From the NCBI GenBank assembly GCA_964270895.1, contig OZ185437.1: a DNA stretch of 64,000 nucleotides; one strand, written 5' to 3'. The stretch comes from Podarcis filfolensis (lineage: Eukaryota). The notes under the pieces are model-generated. The model worked only from the letters and a program-made list of their open reading frames with translations, ran no database searches and had not been told where the DNA came from. This document shows, piece by piece, positions 24,801-39,765 of this stretch. Position 1 is the first letter of the stretch, and each line of letters starts with the position of its first letter. A program made the translations under genes and the position numbers.

Positions 24801-27092
24801 TCATTTGACTGTTTAGGATGAACTCATTTGGAACACTGTGCCCTTTCGGTCCTGGGCTGCCAGTTGCTAACAGTTCAGAATAAACACTTTGTATGTTCCC
24901 TCCAACCTTTAGGAATCTCTGGGCGCAGATTTATATATTGCCTCTTATCACACTTGACACGCTGAAAGGGTGCATTTGTGGCACCTTTTCATGCCAGTGA
25001 TGGATTTGGGGGTTTTCATCCCCTAGTTGAGTCTTGAACCAATCAGAGGATGGTAACTGATTGTCTAGATAGGGTTAAATTAACCTGGGATTATTTGTGT
25101 GTGAGTCTGCACAGCTGAATTTATCTGCAAAAGGATAGCTGAAGTGTGTGAAGAGGGGACTAAACCTATCTGGAATAGGCAGCCCGAACTCGCTGTGAGG
25201 TGGTGATTGTGCTTCTTCTTGGTGAGAATTGCAGGACTGAGTTATCTAGGACTCTGGCTGCAAAGGGGTATAGAAGGAGGCATGGTTGCTCAGAGTGTGG
25301 GATGTTGCATGTGGCATTTGGTCACTTCCTTGCACTGTTCATGTAGAAATCTTAGTGATCTCCCACCCCCAGTGATTGCCTCTTGCAGTGATCCAATCCT
25401 CACACATCTGTAAGCATGCTGGTGTGCTTTTAATATATGTATATAAATATGCAACAGGTTAATGGAAATGCATAACAGAAACTGGGAACAGAGCCAGTTC
25501 AGGTGAAGCCAAGTGGATGCTGTAGAAATGGAGAGCTAGGAAGTAAGGGGTGTGGCTTTCCACATAAGTGTTTCAGGCAAATATTACACTGACTTTGTCA
25601 TCACATCATCTGTTACTGGATCTTTTTTTTTATTTAATTGGAGATGGCAGGGATTGGACTTCGGACATTCTGCATACAAGGCATTGGTTCTACCACTGAA
25701 CAGACGTTTCTCTCCCTAACTGTTTCTGTGAACTTCGTGTTAAGATAGGTAGCAGGTACACCACAGTGTCAGAGGCAGTGGGTGTTTTCTATCATCCCTT
25801 GTACTATGGAGTCTATGCGTGGGAACAGCTGTCAATGGTGTATCTTGTCAGCATTCCTGCTTTCACTGGAATGAGGAGGAAAACCACACGTCTCCTTTGA
25901 CCTCCTTTTCTTACATCTTTGCATGCATCACAGATAGTTGGCGGCAGCGCTTGTATGTGTAGATGTAGCTAATTAGTGCTATGGTTTCTATCCCCACATT
26001 TTATGTATCTTTGGTGGAGGGGGAGAGAAAAAAAACTCAAGTATCAACAGCTCACCGAAGTTCAGGATTTCTGAATCAGTCGCATTATCACTTAGCAGTC
26101 TTAGTTATGCTGCTCTAATTGCTTTGCCCTTCAAGGCAGTTAAATGGATTCTTTCCTCCACTTTTTTAAAATAGGAAAGGTATCTTTACTGAGGGATGGT
26201 AGTTCTCATCTGCTTTAAGGATCATTGGAACACCCCAGGGTGATTAATCTATAATAAGGATGATGATGAAAAGGTTTGATATAAGAATGCCAGGATTTTC
26301 ACCTGGGAATGAAGTCCCTAGGAAAGATGTGTGTGTCTGAAGCAGTGCAGTGAATATTGCTTTCCTACTGTAGTAGGAAGTATGTGTAAGGCCATATCAG
26401 TTCTATGGACAGAGCTAGTAGCTGATGTTACTAGTGAATTGAAGCTACCTAATATTTATAGTGAAGGTTTGATGTATTTGAGGAAATGTCTGTTACTGAG
26501 TTACTTTTTCTATCTAGTAGCTCCATTAATACATCTCTATACAAACTTCCTGTGTTAATGTAGACCTGTCCTTCATCATTCCCCATCACTCTTTAAATGT
26601 GTATTATCAATTGGTGTTGGACTTCACACAAGCAGTTCTCTTTCAGTGCACACATACACCTGTTTGCTATTTCATGCCTAGCACTGTCAGCCCCCTTCTC
26701 ATCTAGCTCTGCCATTTGCATCCAGAATAGACCAGCATCTTCCCTCCAGTGCTGTTCCACTAGAGATTTTCTAGTAAGGCTTTCGACACATCTCCCAATT
26801 CTGACCAGGGTCAGTGGTGATGGGAGTCCCACACCTGGAAGGCCCAATCTCCCCCCCCCCCAACTCTGGCATAGCAAGACATATGGGAGAGTTGGCGGTT
26901 TGTTAAAGAAAGCAGGAGACTTTTGCACAGCCAACTGTGGTAGAACTGGAGAAGTGAAGGTGACTGGCAAAGATGTAATGGCAGATAAGGGCATAAAGAT
27001 CAGGTGGGACAGAGTCATTGTGAGCTTTCTATGTAAGGTTAGGCAAATGTGCTGGATGCCCAAGGGGGCAGGAAACAGAGTAAGGATTAGAG

Positions 27093-27350
27093 CATGGGCA
27101 GGCAAACTAAGGCCCGGGGGCCGGATCCGGCTCAATCACCTTCTAAATCTGACCCGCGGACGGTCCAGGAATCAGCATGTTTTTACATGAGTAGAATGTG
27201 TCCTTTTATTTAGAATGCATCTCTGGGTTATTTGTGGGGCATAGGAATTCGTTCTTTTCTTTTTTCTTTTTCAAAATATAGTCCGGCCCCCCACAAGGTC
27301 TGAGGGACAGTGGACCGGCCCTCCCTGCTGAAAAAGTTTGTTGACCCCTG
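27093..27350 (+). mobile_element. hAT-type non-autonomous element
   Basis: Imperfect TIRs CATGGGCAGGCAAACT...AGTTTGTTGACCCCTG; flanks GATTAGAG / AATTAGAA (6/8); second copy at 40261-40584. Confidence 0.75.
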
Positions 27351-29869
27351 AATTAGAAGGAATGTCACACAGATTGAACAGTGGGAAAGATTAATGATTT
27401 TGGCATTTTGGACAAAGATAAGAGGACGCAAGGTTTGAGTAGGGTAGAATTAGAGGAGTGAAGGTGGCTGGTAAAAATATAATGGAAAATGAGGGTGGTT
27501 AAGGTCAGAGATGATCACTTGATAGTTAAACACTACTACTCAGCCTTGAGCCGTTCTACTCTTAACAGTGTGGTCAGAGTTAGGCATTCCTTAGCCCATT
27601 GAAATCTATTTTGTTTTGCCTAGTCTGAGTTGTAAGTCTTTCGCCTCTCCTGAAAAGGAACTGCTTTCCCCCCAGCTAAATTATGACATCATTTTGTAAT
27701 GTAGGCTAATGCTTACTCTGGGACTGAGGCAAGAACTTGACCTCCTTTGACCTGAGCAGTATATGACACTGTAGGTCTGCAAAAGACAAAGTCACTCAGT
27801 GTGACTGCCTTAGGAGAAAGAAAGGAAAAAAGATTTCTGGCTGAATTGTATTTACTATTCAGTTTTCTATTTTCAGATAAATGCAGTGGCTGGTGAAAAG
27901 GCTTTGGATTGAAAGCCAGCCTGTGGTTATTGAATAGGGACATGGTGCGCCAACTTTGCAGTTCTTTGTTAATGTGTTTTACAGTGCAGTCACACACATG
28001 ACTACTCGGAAGTAAGTCCCATTGAGTTCAGTGAGACTTACTCCCAGGTATGTTTAATAGGATTGCAGTCTTTGATGGACTTTCTTAACATAGTCCAGCA
28101 TTTTATTTTATTTTGCTGTGCTGGGATGGAGTTGAATTCAGGTCATGCGAAGGAGAGAGAGGAGAGCTTCTCAAAGGCATCACTGTCAGTTTTCTTAAGA
28201 AAAAAGGAAAGAGCATGAACCTGCTCAGATGTAACACAAAACAAGGAAAGTTGGCTTAGGTGCTGGCTGGAGTTCCATGGTCCTTGAGACGTGAACTTGA
28301 GGAAGGTGCTTAAAATACTGGCCTGCAGTGGTTAGGAGGAGATTGGGGCTTTACTACTGAAAACTGTTCGGGAGTTCTGCCATTCCATTTGAGAAACATG
28401 GAGGTACAGAACAGTCCTTTGCTGGCATTAAATAAGCATGCAGATATTAAAATCTGCTTTGCAGGGCATAAATCCCATTAACTTCAATGCAAGATGCGCA
28501 GTATTGCTACCTAAATGTTATGAATAGTGAAGAAAACTCCCCCAAGTTGAGAAGTCCTTCCAGTGTTGCCTTTGTACAAGACAGTTCTGAGATCGAATGT
28601 TCCTCAGCACTCTCATTTCCTTTGGGCTTTGCAGGGAAAGCTGCTTGACTCGGTGCTTTAGTAACTAGGGCTGGAGTCCCTCATGGTCAAAGCCTACAGG
28701 GAGGCACTGAAAAATAACATTAGGAAGTTGGAAAATAGGAAAATGAAGCCGAGAGGGAGCTGCTGTGATGTCCTAGGAGGCACCTTGCATTTTCAACATC
28801 ACCTAGCAAGACACTGGTTTTCATGACTTTTTAAACAATCTTCAGTGGGATGTCTAAGCCATTGCATTGCCAAGCAAGATGTGATTCCAATGCATAGTTC
28901 ACTTTTCCTTTTCACTGGCTAACAACGTGACACAGATACATAAGTGCTGATTCTGCACTTCAGAGCTCCTTTACTTAGGCTATTGAGGAGAAGCTTAGAT
29001 TACTTCTCTCCCCCACACCCCGAAACTCTTTCTGCTGTTCCTGATAACAACCAGGACCAGATACTGGGAATGAGCTGTGGGTTTTCAAAACAGAAACATA
29101 GGAACTGCCTTTTACAGAGTTAGACCATTGGTCCATCTATCCCTGCCTTTTCTAATTGATTGGTAGCAACTCTCTGTAGTCTCAGCCAGGAGACCTTCTC
29201 CATCCTTATGTGTGGACAGAACCTGGAGCTTTTTGCCTGCAAAGTTCGTGCTCCAGCAACAGCCTTTCCCTTAAAAATCACATTAACATAAAATCCTTTT
29301 TGCACTGTTAATGCAAAATGTGCTTTGCTTGTCCTCACAATAACCATGTGAAGTAGACTATCATTATTCCCATTTTACAGCTGGGGAACTGAGGTCAATG
29401 CCAAAGGCCACAAGGAAATTTACTTCTAATTTAAATCCAGTTCCAATTGCTACGTCCAACACAACAGTCATTGAGCTTTGCATGCTGCCCCTTGGTTGTA
29501 CTTTTATTTTCTTCTGTGCAAGGTGAGCCATGGATGGAACAAACAGTATCTGAATTAGAGACATACCTCATCCCCAGCAGAAGCACAGCAGGTCATGCTT
29601 TATTTTCCTCCTGCACTTAGAAGCACCACTTTGCAATGAAGTAGGCGTTACCTTTGGGGACCATTGATGTAATGCGATTTTCTTAGACAGAGCCTGGCTC
29701 TCACAACAGTTCCAGTGTTTACAAGCCTGCTGAAAGTGCAGAAATTTTCTAGAGGTGATTTAAGGAAAAGGTGAAGCTGTTGTGTGCCTAGTCTGACATT
29801 TCATTACTGAAGGGGAAGAACATGCCAGATTATGTCTTCCCCTTCACCAAATGAATTTGAAAATAGAAG

Positions 29870-30105
29870 GACTGTAGTTTAGTGGAAGGTCCCAAGGTTC
29901 AATTCCTAACAACTCCGGGCTCAGAAAGATTCTTGGCTAAAACCAATTAGTGTGAACCAGTGCCTCCCAACTGGTGGTCTGTGGACCCCAGGGGATCCAT
30001 GGCTTGGCTTTTGAAAAACAGAGGGTCTGCTAATTGGGAACCACTGGTGTAGACAGTTCTCATCTCAGAGGGACCAGTGATCTGACTTGGTATAAGGCAG
30101 CCCTC
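29870..30105 (+). mobile_element. tRNA-derived SINE interrupted by an 89-bp hAT MITE (29958-30046)
   Basis: SINE head and tail separated by CAGTGCCTCCCAA...TTGGGAACCACTG; flanks GTGTGAAC / GTGTAGAC (6/8). Confidence 0.65.
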
Positions 30106-30255
30106 TGTGTAAATCAGAACCCTAGAAAGCACCAGTTGGTGCCTCTGAATCCAGTGCTTTGTTGGGAAGGACAAGCCCCTCTTAAGATGTGAATGCTCTG
30201 CAATGTCTCCATCTAGGTGCAGGTTGTGTATATATGTAAATAAGGCATATATCAT

Positions 30256-30613
30256 GGGATGCGGGTGGCGCTGTGGGTTAAACCATAGAGCCTAGGACTT
30301 GCCAATCAGAAGGTCAGCGGTTCAAATCCCCGCGACGGGGTGAGCTACCATTGCTTGGTCCCTGCTCCTGCCAACCTAGCAGTTCGAAAGCCTGTCAAAG
30401 TGTAAGTAGATAAATAGGTACTGCTCCGGTGGGAAGGTAAACAGTGTTTCTGTGCGCTGCTCTGGTTCATCAGAAACAGCTTAGTCATGCTGGTCACATG
30501 ACCCGGAAGCTGTACGCCGGCTCTCTCGGCCAATAAAGCGAGATGAGCACTGCAACCCCAGAGTCGGCCACGAATGGACCTACTGGTCAGGGGTCCCTTT
30601 ACCTTTACCTTTT
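30256..30613 (+). mobile_element. Full-length Sauria SINE
   Basis: Same head and body as 16757 copy, ACCTTT tail; 15-bp TSD TAAGGCATATATCAT, whose 3' copy is split by a MITE. Confidence 0.9.
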
Positions 30614-30622
30614 TAAGGCATA

Positions 30623-30989
30623 CCGTATTTTTCGCCCTATAGGACGCACCTAGTTTTTTTGGGGGGGGGAATAAAGAAAAAAAATTATTTCCCCCCCCCC
30701 AGGCACGGGGTTGGCGCAGGGGAAGCCCGAGCTTCCCCCGACCCCAGCCCCCAGAACAGCCTGCTATCCGCAAGCCTAGGGAGCCGCGCTGGTCTCCCCA
30801 GGCTTGCGGACAGCTGTGCGAAGCCCGGGCACACTCTTCAGTGCGCCCGAGGCTTCGGGATGCAGGCAGCTCTGCGCAACCCTCCGGAGCCCGGCGCGGC
30901 TTGGCCTGTATTCGCCCCATAGGACGCACCCACATTTCCCCTTCATTTTTGGAGGGGGAAAAGTGCGTCCTATAGGGCGAAAAATACGG
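30623..30989. mobile_element. Tc1/mariner-superfamily (Tc2/pogo-like) MITE
   Basis: Perfect 27-bp TIRs CCGTATTTTTCGCCCTATAGGACGCAC, TA target duplication at both ends, CpG-rich interior, no transposase. Confidence 0.88.
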
Positions 30990-31424
30990 TATATCATAAA
31001 GACATCAGTCACTGATGTACCTCAAAAGGGAACACAGACCCTAGTAAGCACTCCTGATACCCCAAGAATCTTGCACTGCTCATGCAGATTGAGGTGGCGT
31101 GTAGCAATATTATACTAACTACCCACAGCTCTCCAGTGTTTAAGAGTCTTTCCCAGCCCTGCCTAGCGATACTAGGGATTGAAACTGGGGTCTTCTGCAT
31201 GCAGATATATACTGTACCGCTGAGCTATGGTCCCTCCTACTTACCTATTTCATGATTTGTTAATCTCTCTGCTGCAGGTTTTAACTTTACCATGCCTGTG
31301 CTTATTATGTCAGGGGTTGGTTGTTGCATTGATCTGTTTCTGTGCTAAGAAAATCAAGTGCAATTCTGAGCCAGGCAGACAAGGGTATCAGGGAATTTTT
31401 ATTGTGGATCAGACCATTCTTTTT

Positions 31425-31651
31425 TATTATTACTTATTTATTACGTTTATTTATATACCACCTTTATCTTCCAAGGATCTCAAGGTGGGGGTGCATGGTT
31501 CTCCTTCCCAGTTTATCCTCACAACAACCCTGTGAGGCAGGTTTAGCTAAGAGATGGTGACTGGCCCAAGGTCACCCAATGGCTAAGTGGGGATTCAAAC
31601 CCTGCTCTCTCTCAGGTTCTAGTCCAACATTCTAACCACTACGCCACACTG
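31425..31651 (-). mobile_element. tRNA-headed CORE-type (MIR-like) SINE
   Basis: Reverse complement CAGTGTGGCGTAGTGGTTAGAATGTTGGACTAG...GGGTGACCTTGGGCCAGTCAC...CTCACAGGGTTGTTGTGAGGATAAA with TAAA tail. Fainter MIR-like pieces near 13560-13680, 29330-29420, 43930-44000, 46310-46370 and 53880-54000. Confidence 0.7.
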
Positions 31652-32294
31652 ACTCTTGCAACAAGGGTCTGAAAAAATGTGAAGCTTCCAGTGAGAATGT
31701 ACCAGCAGCTGCACTCTCCCAGTTGTGCTTCTCCTGAAATACAGATGGGAAACCCCAAACTGGAGAGCGGTCACTGCCCTCATAAACACAGGAGCAGGGC
31801 AGTAGAATCAGGAAAGCCCAAGGAAGACAGTAGCAGTTTTGCTTGGCATCCAGTTGTGATTGAGAGGAGTAGCCAAACCTAGCTGTGTTTACTGTTCTAA
31901 ATCGGTAGGCGAGATTTGGTACTGTAGATGGCCTGAGCCAGCCAGGAATGCACAGCACAGATCTGCTCAGCCACTCGAACGAAGTGCTCTTTCGCCTTTT
32001 CCATCTGCTTCATTCTCTCGGTGCTCTTTCTGGTGTGAAGAAAGTCCCCATCTGACACAGAGCCAACCACTTGCTTTCTGGGAGTGGGATGTTGCCTGGA
32101 GACATAATTAACTCAACCCAAGAGGCTGATCTTATTTTGTGTTGATATGGAGGGTTAATGATGGTCCCGACACCTGGCAATCCGGCTTGCTAAGAAGCAC
32201 TAGATACTTTCCATTCTTAACAAACAAAAAATAAAAAACACAACTGAACAAAACTAGAAATTTGGAGACCTGGGGAAACAGAGTGTTTATATAT

Positions 32295-32314
32295 TATTAT
32301 TGTTGTTGTTGTTG

Positions 32315-32346
<32 letters not shown>
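32295..32346. repeat. Compound (TTG)n(TTA)n microsatellite
   Basis: Seen directly. Confidence 0.95.
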
Positions 32347-32347
<1 letters not shown>

Positions 32348-35300
32348 GGTCTCCTATCTTTCTGTTGGATAGAAGCATTGCTTAAAATAATATTCCCAAC
32401 AGATAGCCAAACATCAGATCTCCAGAGAGAGGCTCTTTCCTTGAACTTGCAGAGCCTGGAAACTCATTTCTCTGTGTCTCACTTGAAAGCTGTTATGTGT
32501 CCTTCCATTGTTATCTAGATTACATCACTCTAAGGTACTGGGGAAGAAGACCTGCATTTGCTCCATTCAAAAAGACTTAAAGAAGGTCCAGCTGTCAAGC
32601 GCAAACTGCTTAATAAAAGGAACTAATATGAAACATTTACACTCAAATCTTGCCCCACTAACCCTCTCAGGTTGAGTCCCCAGCCTTTCAACAGTAGAAC
32701 AGATGTTCTCAGCATTGATCGCATTCCTCCAGCCACTTTACAGAGGCCCTTCTTGCTTAAAAAAAATTATATAACCAAAGTACAAATACATTGCAGTAAA
32801 AGAGATACCTCCCCGCCCTCTGGTTTCACAATCATTTTTGGATTCACAGTACATATGGAAAAATTAAAAGAAAATGCTAGGCATTTCTGAGTCCAAGAGA
32901 TGAAACATACCATCATGTTGTGTGTTGTGATTTTCTCAGGTTTTTGTTATACTTCTGGGCAGATTTATAGTGCTTCAGGGAGGTCCAGCAACTGTAGTTT
33001 CTCATAAGATGTCCCCATCCTTCAATCTCGCCTATCAGACTTCCCACACTTTTCTCTGTGGTGAAGCCCCATCTCTTGGACTTTCACTCTTTAGAGGTAC
33101 AGTTGATGCCAACATTCCATTCTTTTCAGTGCCAGCTTAAAACTCATTTATTTGTTTGCTGTGGCTTTTGTTGGTTTCTGTTTAGGTAACTCTAGCCAGC
33201 CCTGTGCATGAATTTCCCGACCTCGTTCTGTGGGTGTAGAAATTGGTGTCTTAACTATTTTATTGGGATTGTTTGTGTATTTTCATGACATTATGCTTTT
33301 AGGGATGTACTCTGCCCTGAGACCATTAGATGAAGGTCAGTCTAAAAATGCTTTAATGAACAAAAATGTCAAATACCATGGTGTGGACCTAATTTCAAAA
33401 GCCCCTTTCAGGCAAGCCCTCCAGACCTCTGAGCTATTTGTCCCTTTCTCAGCAGCCAGCTAGGTGGGGGGGGGGGAGATGGCGTGTGAGAAAGTGTATG
33501 AGAGAAACAGGGTGGTCCCACCCACTTCTGTGCCACTTACCTGCTCCCCCTTCCACATAGATTAGCCCCAGAGGAATGCAGACGTCCGCAGAAAAAAGGG
33601 TGGTCAGAGTCAGGGGTGTTCATTTGAATGACTCAGTTTAAAATACTACAGTGAAAAATATATGGAGACATGCTTTTTGATGTCTGTCTCTCCCCTCCCA
33701 CAGGAAATCAAGGGTATAAAAGCAGATTTATATTTTGTGTTTTGGAATGTTTCATCCTTTAATATAAATACGAACAGCTCCTTCTAGAGAAATCTGGCTA
33801 ATAACCCTGAAGATGACATCCATGCCAATGAGAAGGCTGCTTCTTGCATCCTATTAACATGGAAGATTTATACATCAGGGCTGGCTAGTCTAGAGTCACT
33901 CTCAGAAAATGTGAGATATACAAAAATAGAACAAGCAGCTTTGAAGCAGGAGAGAAGCTGCGGTTTGTAAATGCATTTCCATTTCAGTCACCTGCAATTC
34001 TATAAGCAGGGCATGGATGGTGCTGAAAACAAATCAGTTTTATTTTATTTGTGACCACATCTTTACTGTTTCACCCATCCAGGATTGAAGATGTGGTAGA
34101 AATTCAAGTGCAGAAATTTGACCTGTAGCATCAGGAATTATTTATACCACTGGAACATTGTGAGTTTAAAGGGCATGATTTGCACCCATCTAAGGTACAA
34201 AGGTTGGGAGCTCTTTTGAGGGGACAGTACTCACCAGTATAAAGTACCATCACTTCTTTTTGATGCCCATGGTGGCCATTTTGTGCTGTTGCCCAAAGCA
34301 CTTTTATCAAGATAGGAGTACCAGGATCTCATTTTTCTTCAAAAAAAAGTCCTGGAGATGTAATCCAAATGCTTTGGATTGCAACTCCCATCTTCCCTGA
34401 CCATTGGCCATGCTGGCTGGGGCTCATGGGAACTATAGTCCAAATTTTCTGGAGGGTAACGCATCAGCTGTCTCTGGAGAGAGTCTTCAGTTCATCTCTT
34501 CAGATATCCCCAGTACTAGAAAATAACACAGGGTTGTACTGGGCAGAAAAAAGGGCACGGATATAAACATTCTCATCCTTCTTTCACTTTCCAGGAACAG
34601 TGTAAACAGAGTCCCAGAAGCATTTGATTACAGGTCTCTCATCTCCTAGTGCATAGGGCATGCAACTCCTGCATTTGTGCATACAGAACATCCCTCTATA
34701 CTTAGCAGGGGTTCCCAGTACCCTGAGTAGGGCAAAGGGGAGCTTCCCTTCCTGTCTCTGTACAGGAACATCAGGCACTGGAGAATAGTGGAACTTTGCA
34801 AGCTATTATCTTCTCTTAGTGTGAGATTCCAAAGCCTTTATTGTGTGCATGATCAAATGGATGAATGCATAAATACTTTCAAAATGAATCCTAGACTGGA
34901 GGTATGTGTGAACCCAAAGAGCTTGGTTATTTCCCGGTTGGCTATGTTGATTTTGCCTCTGTTGTAGGTGATACAGAAATATGTGTGCTTAATACTCACC
35001 TGACTGGCTTCCTCTCATAGAAGGGCAAGGAGCCATAACTAGGTCTGTCAGGTGAACATAATGGATCCCATCACCATTAATTGTTGTTACTGACTCTTGA
35101 GTAGATTTCACTGGACCAGGAGGTAGCTGGCTGGCCTGCAGTCGCAGCAAGTGGCAGTGGATTGCAAGCAGCATTCCCATATTTCAAGAAAGACTTCAAA
35201 TGATGGGAAATGTATGAAGGGAGAGAGGGAGAAGAATGGGGCAATCTTTCCCATCCTGTGTTGTAGTAAGCGTTAAATAATGGAACAGTCATCCAGCTAC

Positions 35301-35668
35301 TCCATTCAGATTCAAAGAGAATCGTAACTTCCAGACCAGGTTGACATGCCCCAAGGCCACATTTCATGAGCACTTTTGAGGGGAATGTGTAGTGGCAGCC
35401 CAAGAATGGCAAGAAGTGGGTACAGGTTTCTTATTACAACAACTGGAGGACATACTATATGGGTCCTAGGAAAGGATGACACATGAGGCAGGCCTCCTTC
35501 TCTCGCCTGCCAAATGAGAGGCGTTTATCCTGAGTAGCCTTTAAGTGAGATTTCATGCCTCTGGGGATGCCCATCTGTGACTTCTTCTCTAGCTGGTTAG
35601 TTGCCAATGCTAATCAAGGCGCCGGTGCAGCTCTGTGGCAATTCTTCTTTCCCTTCACTGTATAGTAA

Positions 35669-37144
<1,476 letters not shown>

Positions 37145-39228
37145 GGGCATGAAAAGTACCTACAGGAGAAGTGCCATGTGCCCAGATGTGGGGAGGTGTT
37201 TTTTTGGGGGGGGAAGCCAATAAAAAGAGAGGTCCCAACACATCCCATGTGAAACAGAGAGAATGGCTCCCTCTTATCATCCCACAAAGGACTCAACAGC
37301 TCCTGAGCTCCGTTCTGGCTCTGTAATGGCTTTGATGTGAGGTGGGCAGCTAACACCACCATCAAAACTACTGCACAGAACTAAACACTGACAGCCACAT
37401 GCAAAAAACAAAAAAATCTGAAGGGGGAAGGGCAGTAACAGCCCAAGTATTGGGTGTGTGTGTCTTTCTTCCTAGCCTCCAGCTAACCAGGCCACCTTGA
37501 CAATATCTATCTAGCAGGAGCAGTCCCTGCCCCATAATTATGATTATTATTATTGTGGGGAGGGGACATCATCCAATCTTTGTAGAGTCACACACTTTGG
37601 CAGTTGAATTCATGGCAGTGTAGCATGTTTCCTTCAGAAGCAAGGCAATTAACTGCACTGGTTTCCCAGGCAAAAGGAGCTGAGAAATAACTGAGAAGCA
37701 ACTACAAGCCAGGCCGCCTTCCTTTTTCTAAACCATGCTCCGACTGTTACGCTGTTCTCAGCTGCTGGGGACGTGAGATCTTAGGATGTCTCCTTGGAAA
37801 GCCTTGATGTTTCACGTCTGAGAATCAGCATCCCATAGGTAAAGCTCAAAGCATTCAAAGTACTTACTTCATTGTGGTAGCAGAAAGCAGAAATGAGCAG
37901 GGAATTTGCAAAGGAAACCCCACACTTTTAATAGAATGCAGTCTTCTTTCCGAACCCAGAAGAAGGGCCAGTACACAAAGGAAAGCAGTTGCATTTGCTA
38001 GGCATCTGCTGGTGTTGGGAGAGATGTCGTGGGGAGGTGAGGATGAACTGGGAAGCTGGGAGCTCTGAAGTGAATGAAAATGTGTTATAATGAACGCAGG
38101 CAGGGAGGAAGTCTGGTATCAAGGGAGGTTCTGAGAGGTTCAGCTGCAGTTTATCTATTCATACAGGGAAAGGTTGGTTTGCAAGGCTGAGGGGTGGTGT
38201 GCTTGTGCAAGGCTGAATTTTACTTAAAGTCAAGCTTGTCTGCTTGATGGTGTTCTCTGGAATGTGAAAGGAGGCAGTTATACAGAGCATAAAAGATAAA
38301 CTGTGTTAGAGAAAGCATGTATATGTGAGAGTGAGAGAGATTCCTGAAACCTGCTTTCTTTCTGGTGGAAGAATGAGGCAATAGCAAGAGAAGTAACTTG
38401 TTATAATTCATATCTCTTAAGACAGGTGGCTCCAAGGTGTTTTGAGCTCCTTTGTAATGGGAAGACACTTTCATTACTGAGTGTCCCACCCCCCTAATTA
38501 ATGGACAGTATAAGGAACCACTAAATAGTTTTCTGAGGTTCCTGGAACTATCCAAACCCTTGACAATACAAACAGCACAATCCTATGCACAGTACCTGGG
38601 ACTAAGCCTCATTACATTCAATGGGACTTCCTTCTGCGTAGACACATACAGGATTGCAGTGTTAGTCAAGGAACAGAAACATGCAAATGGATCCTTTTGC
38701 ATTCCAGTGAGATTAAGTCCTGTCTATAGTAGGGCATTAGCAGGCAGATCAATTCCTTCTTCACTGGAGGAGAACAACTGTTCCTTTCATTTTCTACTCT
38801 AACATTATTTAGCATAAGAAAGATAGGCACTGATCTCAGAACTCTATCATGCTGAAGTTGCTTTTAAAAATAGAGTTTTGCTCACATTCTGGCTTATTTG
38901 CATTTTGTGTTAGAGTACTTCATCTAGCAAATAATGCCTCTGCACTTTTGAGTAATTTTGGTATAATATTGAAACACGTCACCCCAATTTCCACAAGTGG
39001 TGCAAGATTCCAGGGGTACCAGGCATGCTTACCAGGGTCTGTGTTTCCTTTTGGACAAGGAGGCGCAGCGGGGACTGTAGTGCCCTTATAATATAGGATT
39101 AATTTGCACAAAACTTGAGTTTTCCGGAACTGTTATTCAAGCTGGATATTCTGTAAAATAGGAAAGGGGAAGTGTGAGAGAAAACTGGCTGTTTTGAACA
39201 CAGTTGCTTGCAGGGAAATATACCTGTG

Positions 39229-39765
39229 TATCAAGGCTGGCGTCAGATGCAGGTCAGCACGAAGAAGCAGAGACAGTTGTCAGTGAAGTTAACTGTTTAT
39301 TCAAGGAAATGGCGTACAATTCAGCAACACTTCCCTGTAGGTCTTGCCCCCATAGGGCAGATGCCAGGACTGAAGGTCCCTGCATTCTACCCTTTCTAAG
39401 ACTCCTCCTCTCCCGTATGTTTCCCAAGCAGTCTCAAACTGTGCCTACCTACCTCTGGTCTCTGTTCTTGGAGACCAGCGGGGAGGGGAGCTAGTCACAG
39501 CAGGCGAGGGAGATTCCTGGGATTCTTCAGCAGCCTCTTGCCCCCTCTCCTCTGTTTCAGCCTCGGAGTCTGAACTGCTCTGTCACTGGCTCTTCCTGCT
39601 CACTAAACCCTGTTGCCCCTTCGGCATCCAGCCCCTCCTTCCAATCGTCTGACCTCTCCAGCACCAATCCCCAGGCTCTGAGCCATCCTCCTTTGGAACT
39701 TCCCTTGGGGGTTCCTTGGCGGGTGCCTCCCACTCTACGCCTCATTGTCCAGCCAGTCCTTGACA
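39229..39765 (-). mobile_element. Solo LTR (probably Ty3/Gypsy-like) with 5-bp TSD
   Basis: Minus strand begins TGTCAAGGACTGG and ends CCAGCCTTGATA (one substitution from ...TGACA); CTGTG at 39224-39228 and 39766-39770; AATAAA at 39301-39296. Confidence 0.75.

Noticed and set aside
26593-27190. Opposed 180-aa and 197-aa ORFs in the TMEM151B intron
   Set aside because: No homology recognised, one end runs into a hAT element, and there are no supporting splice signals.
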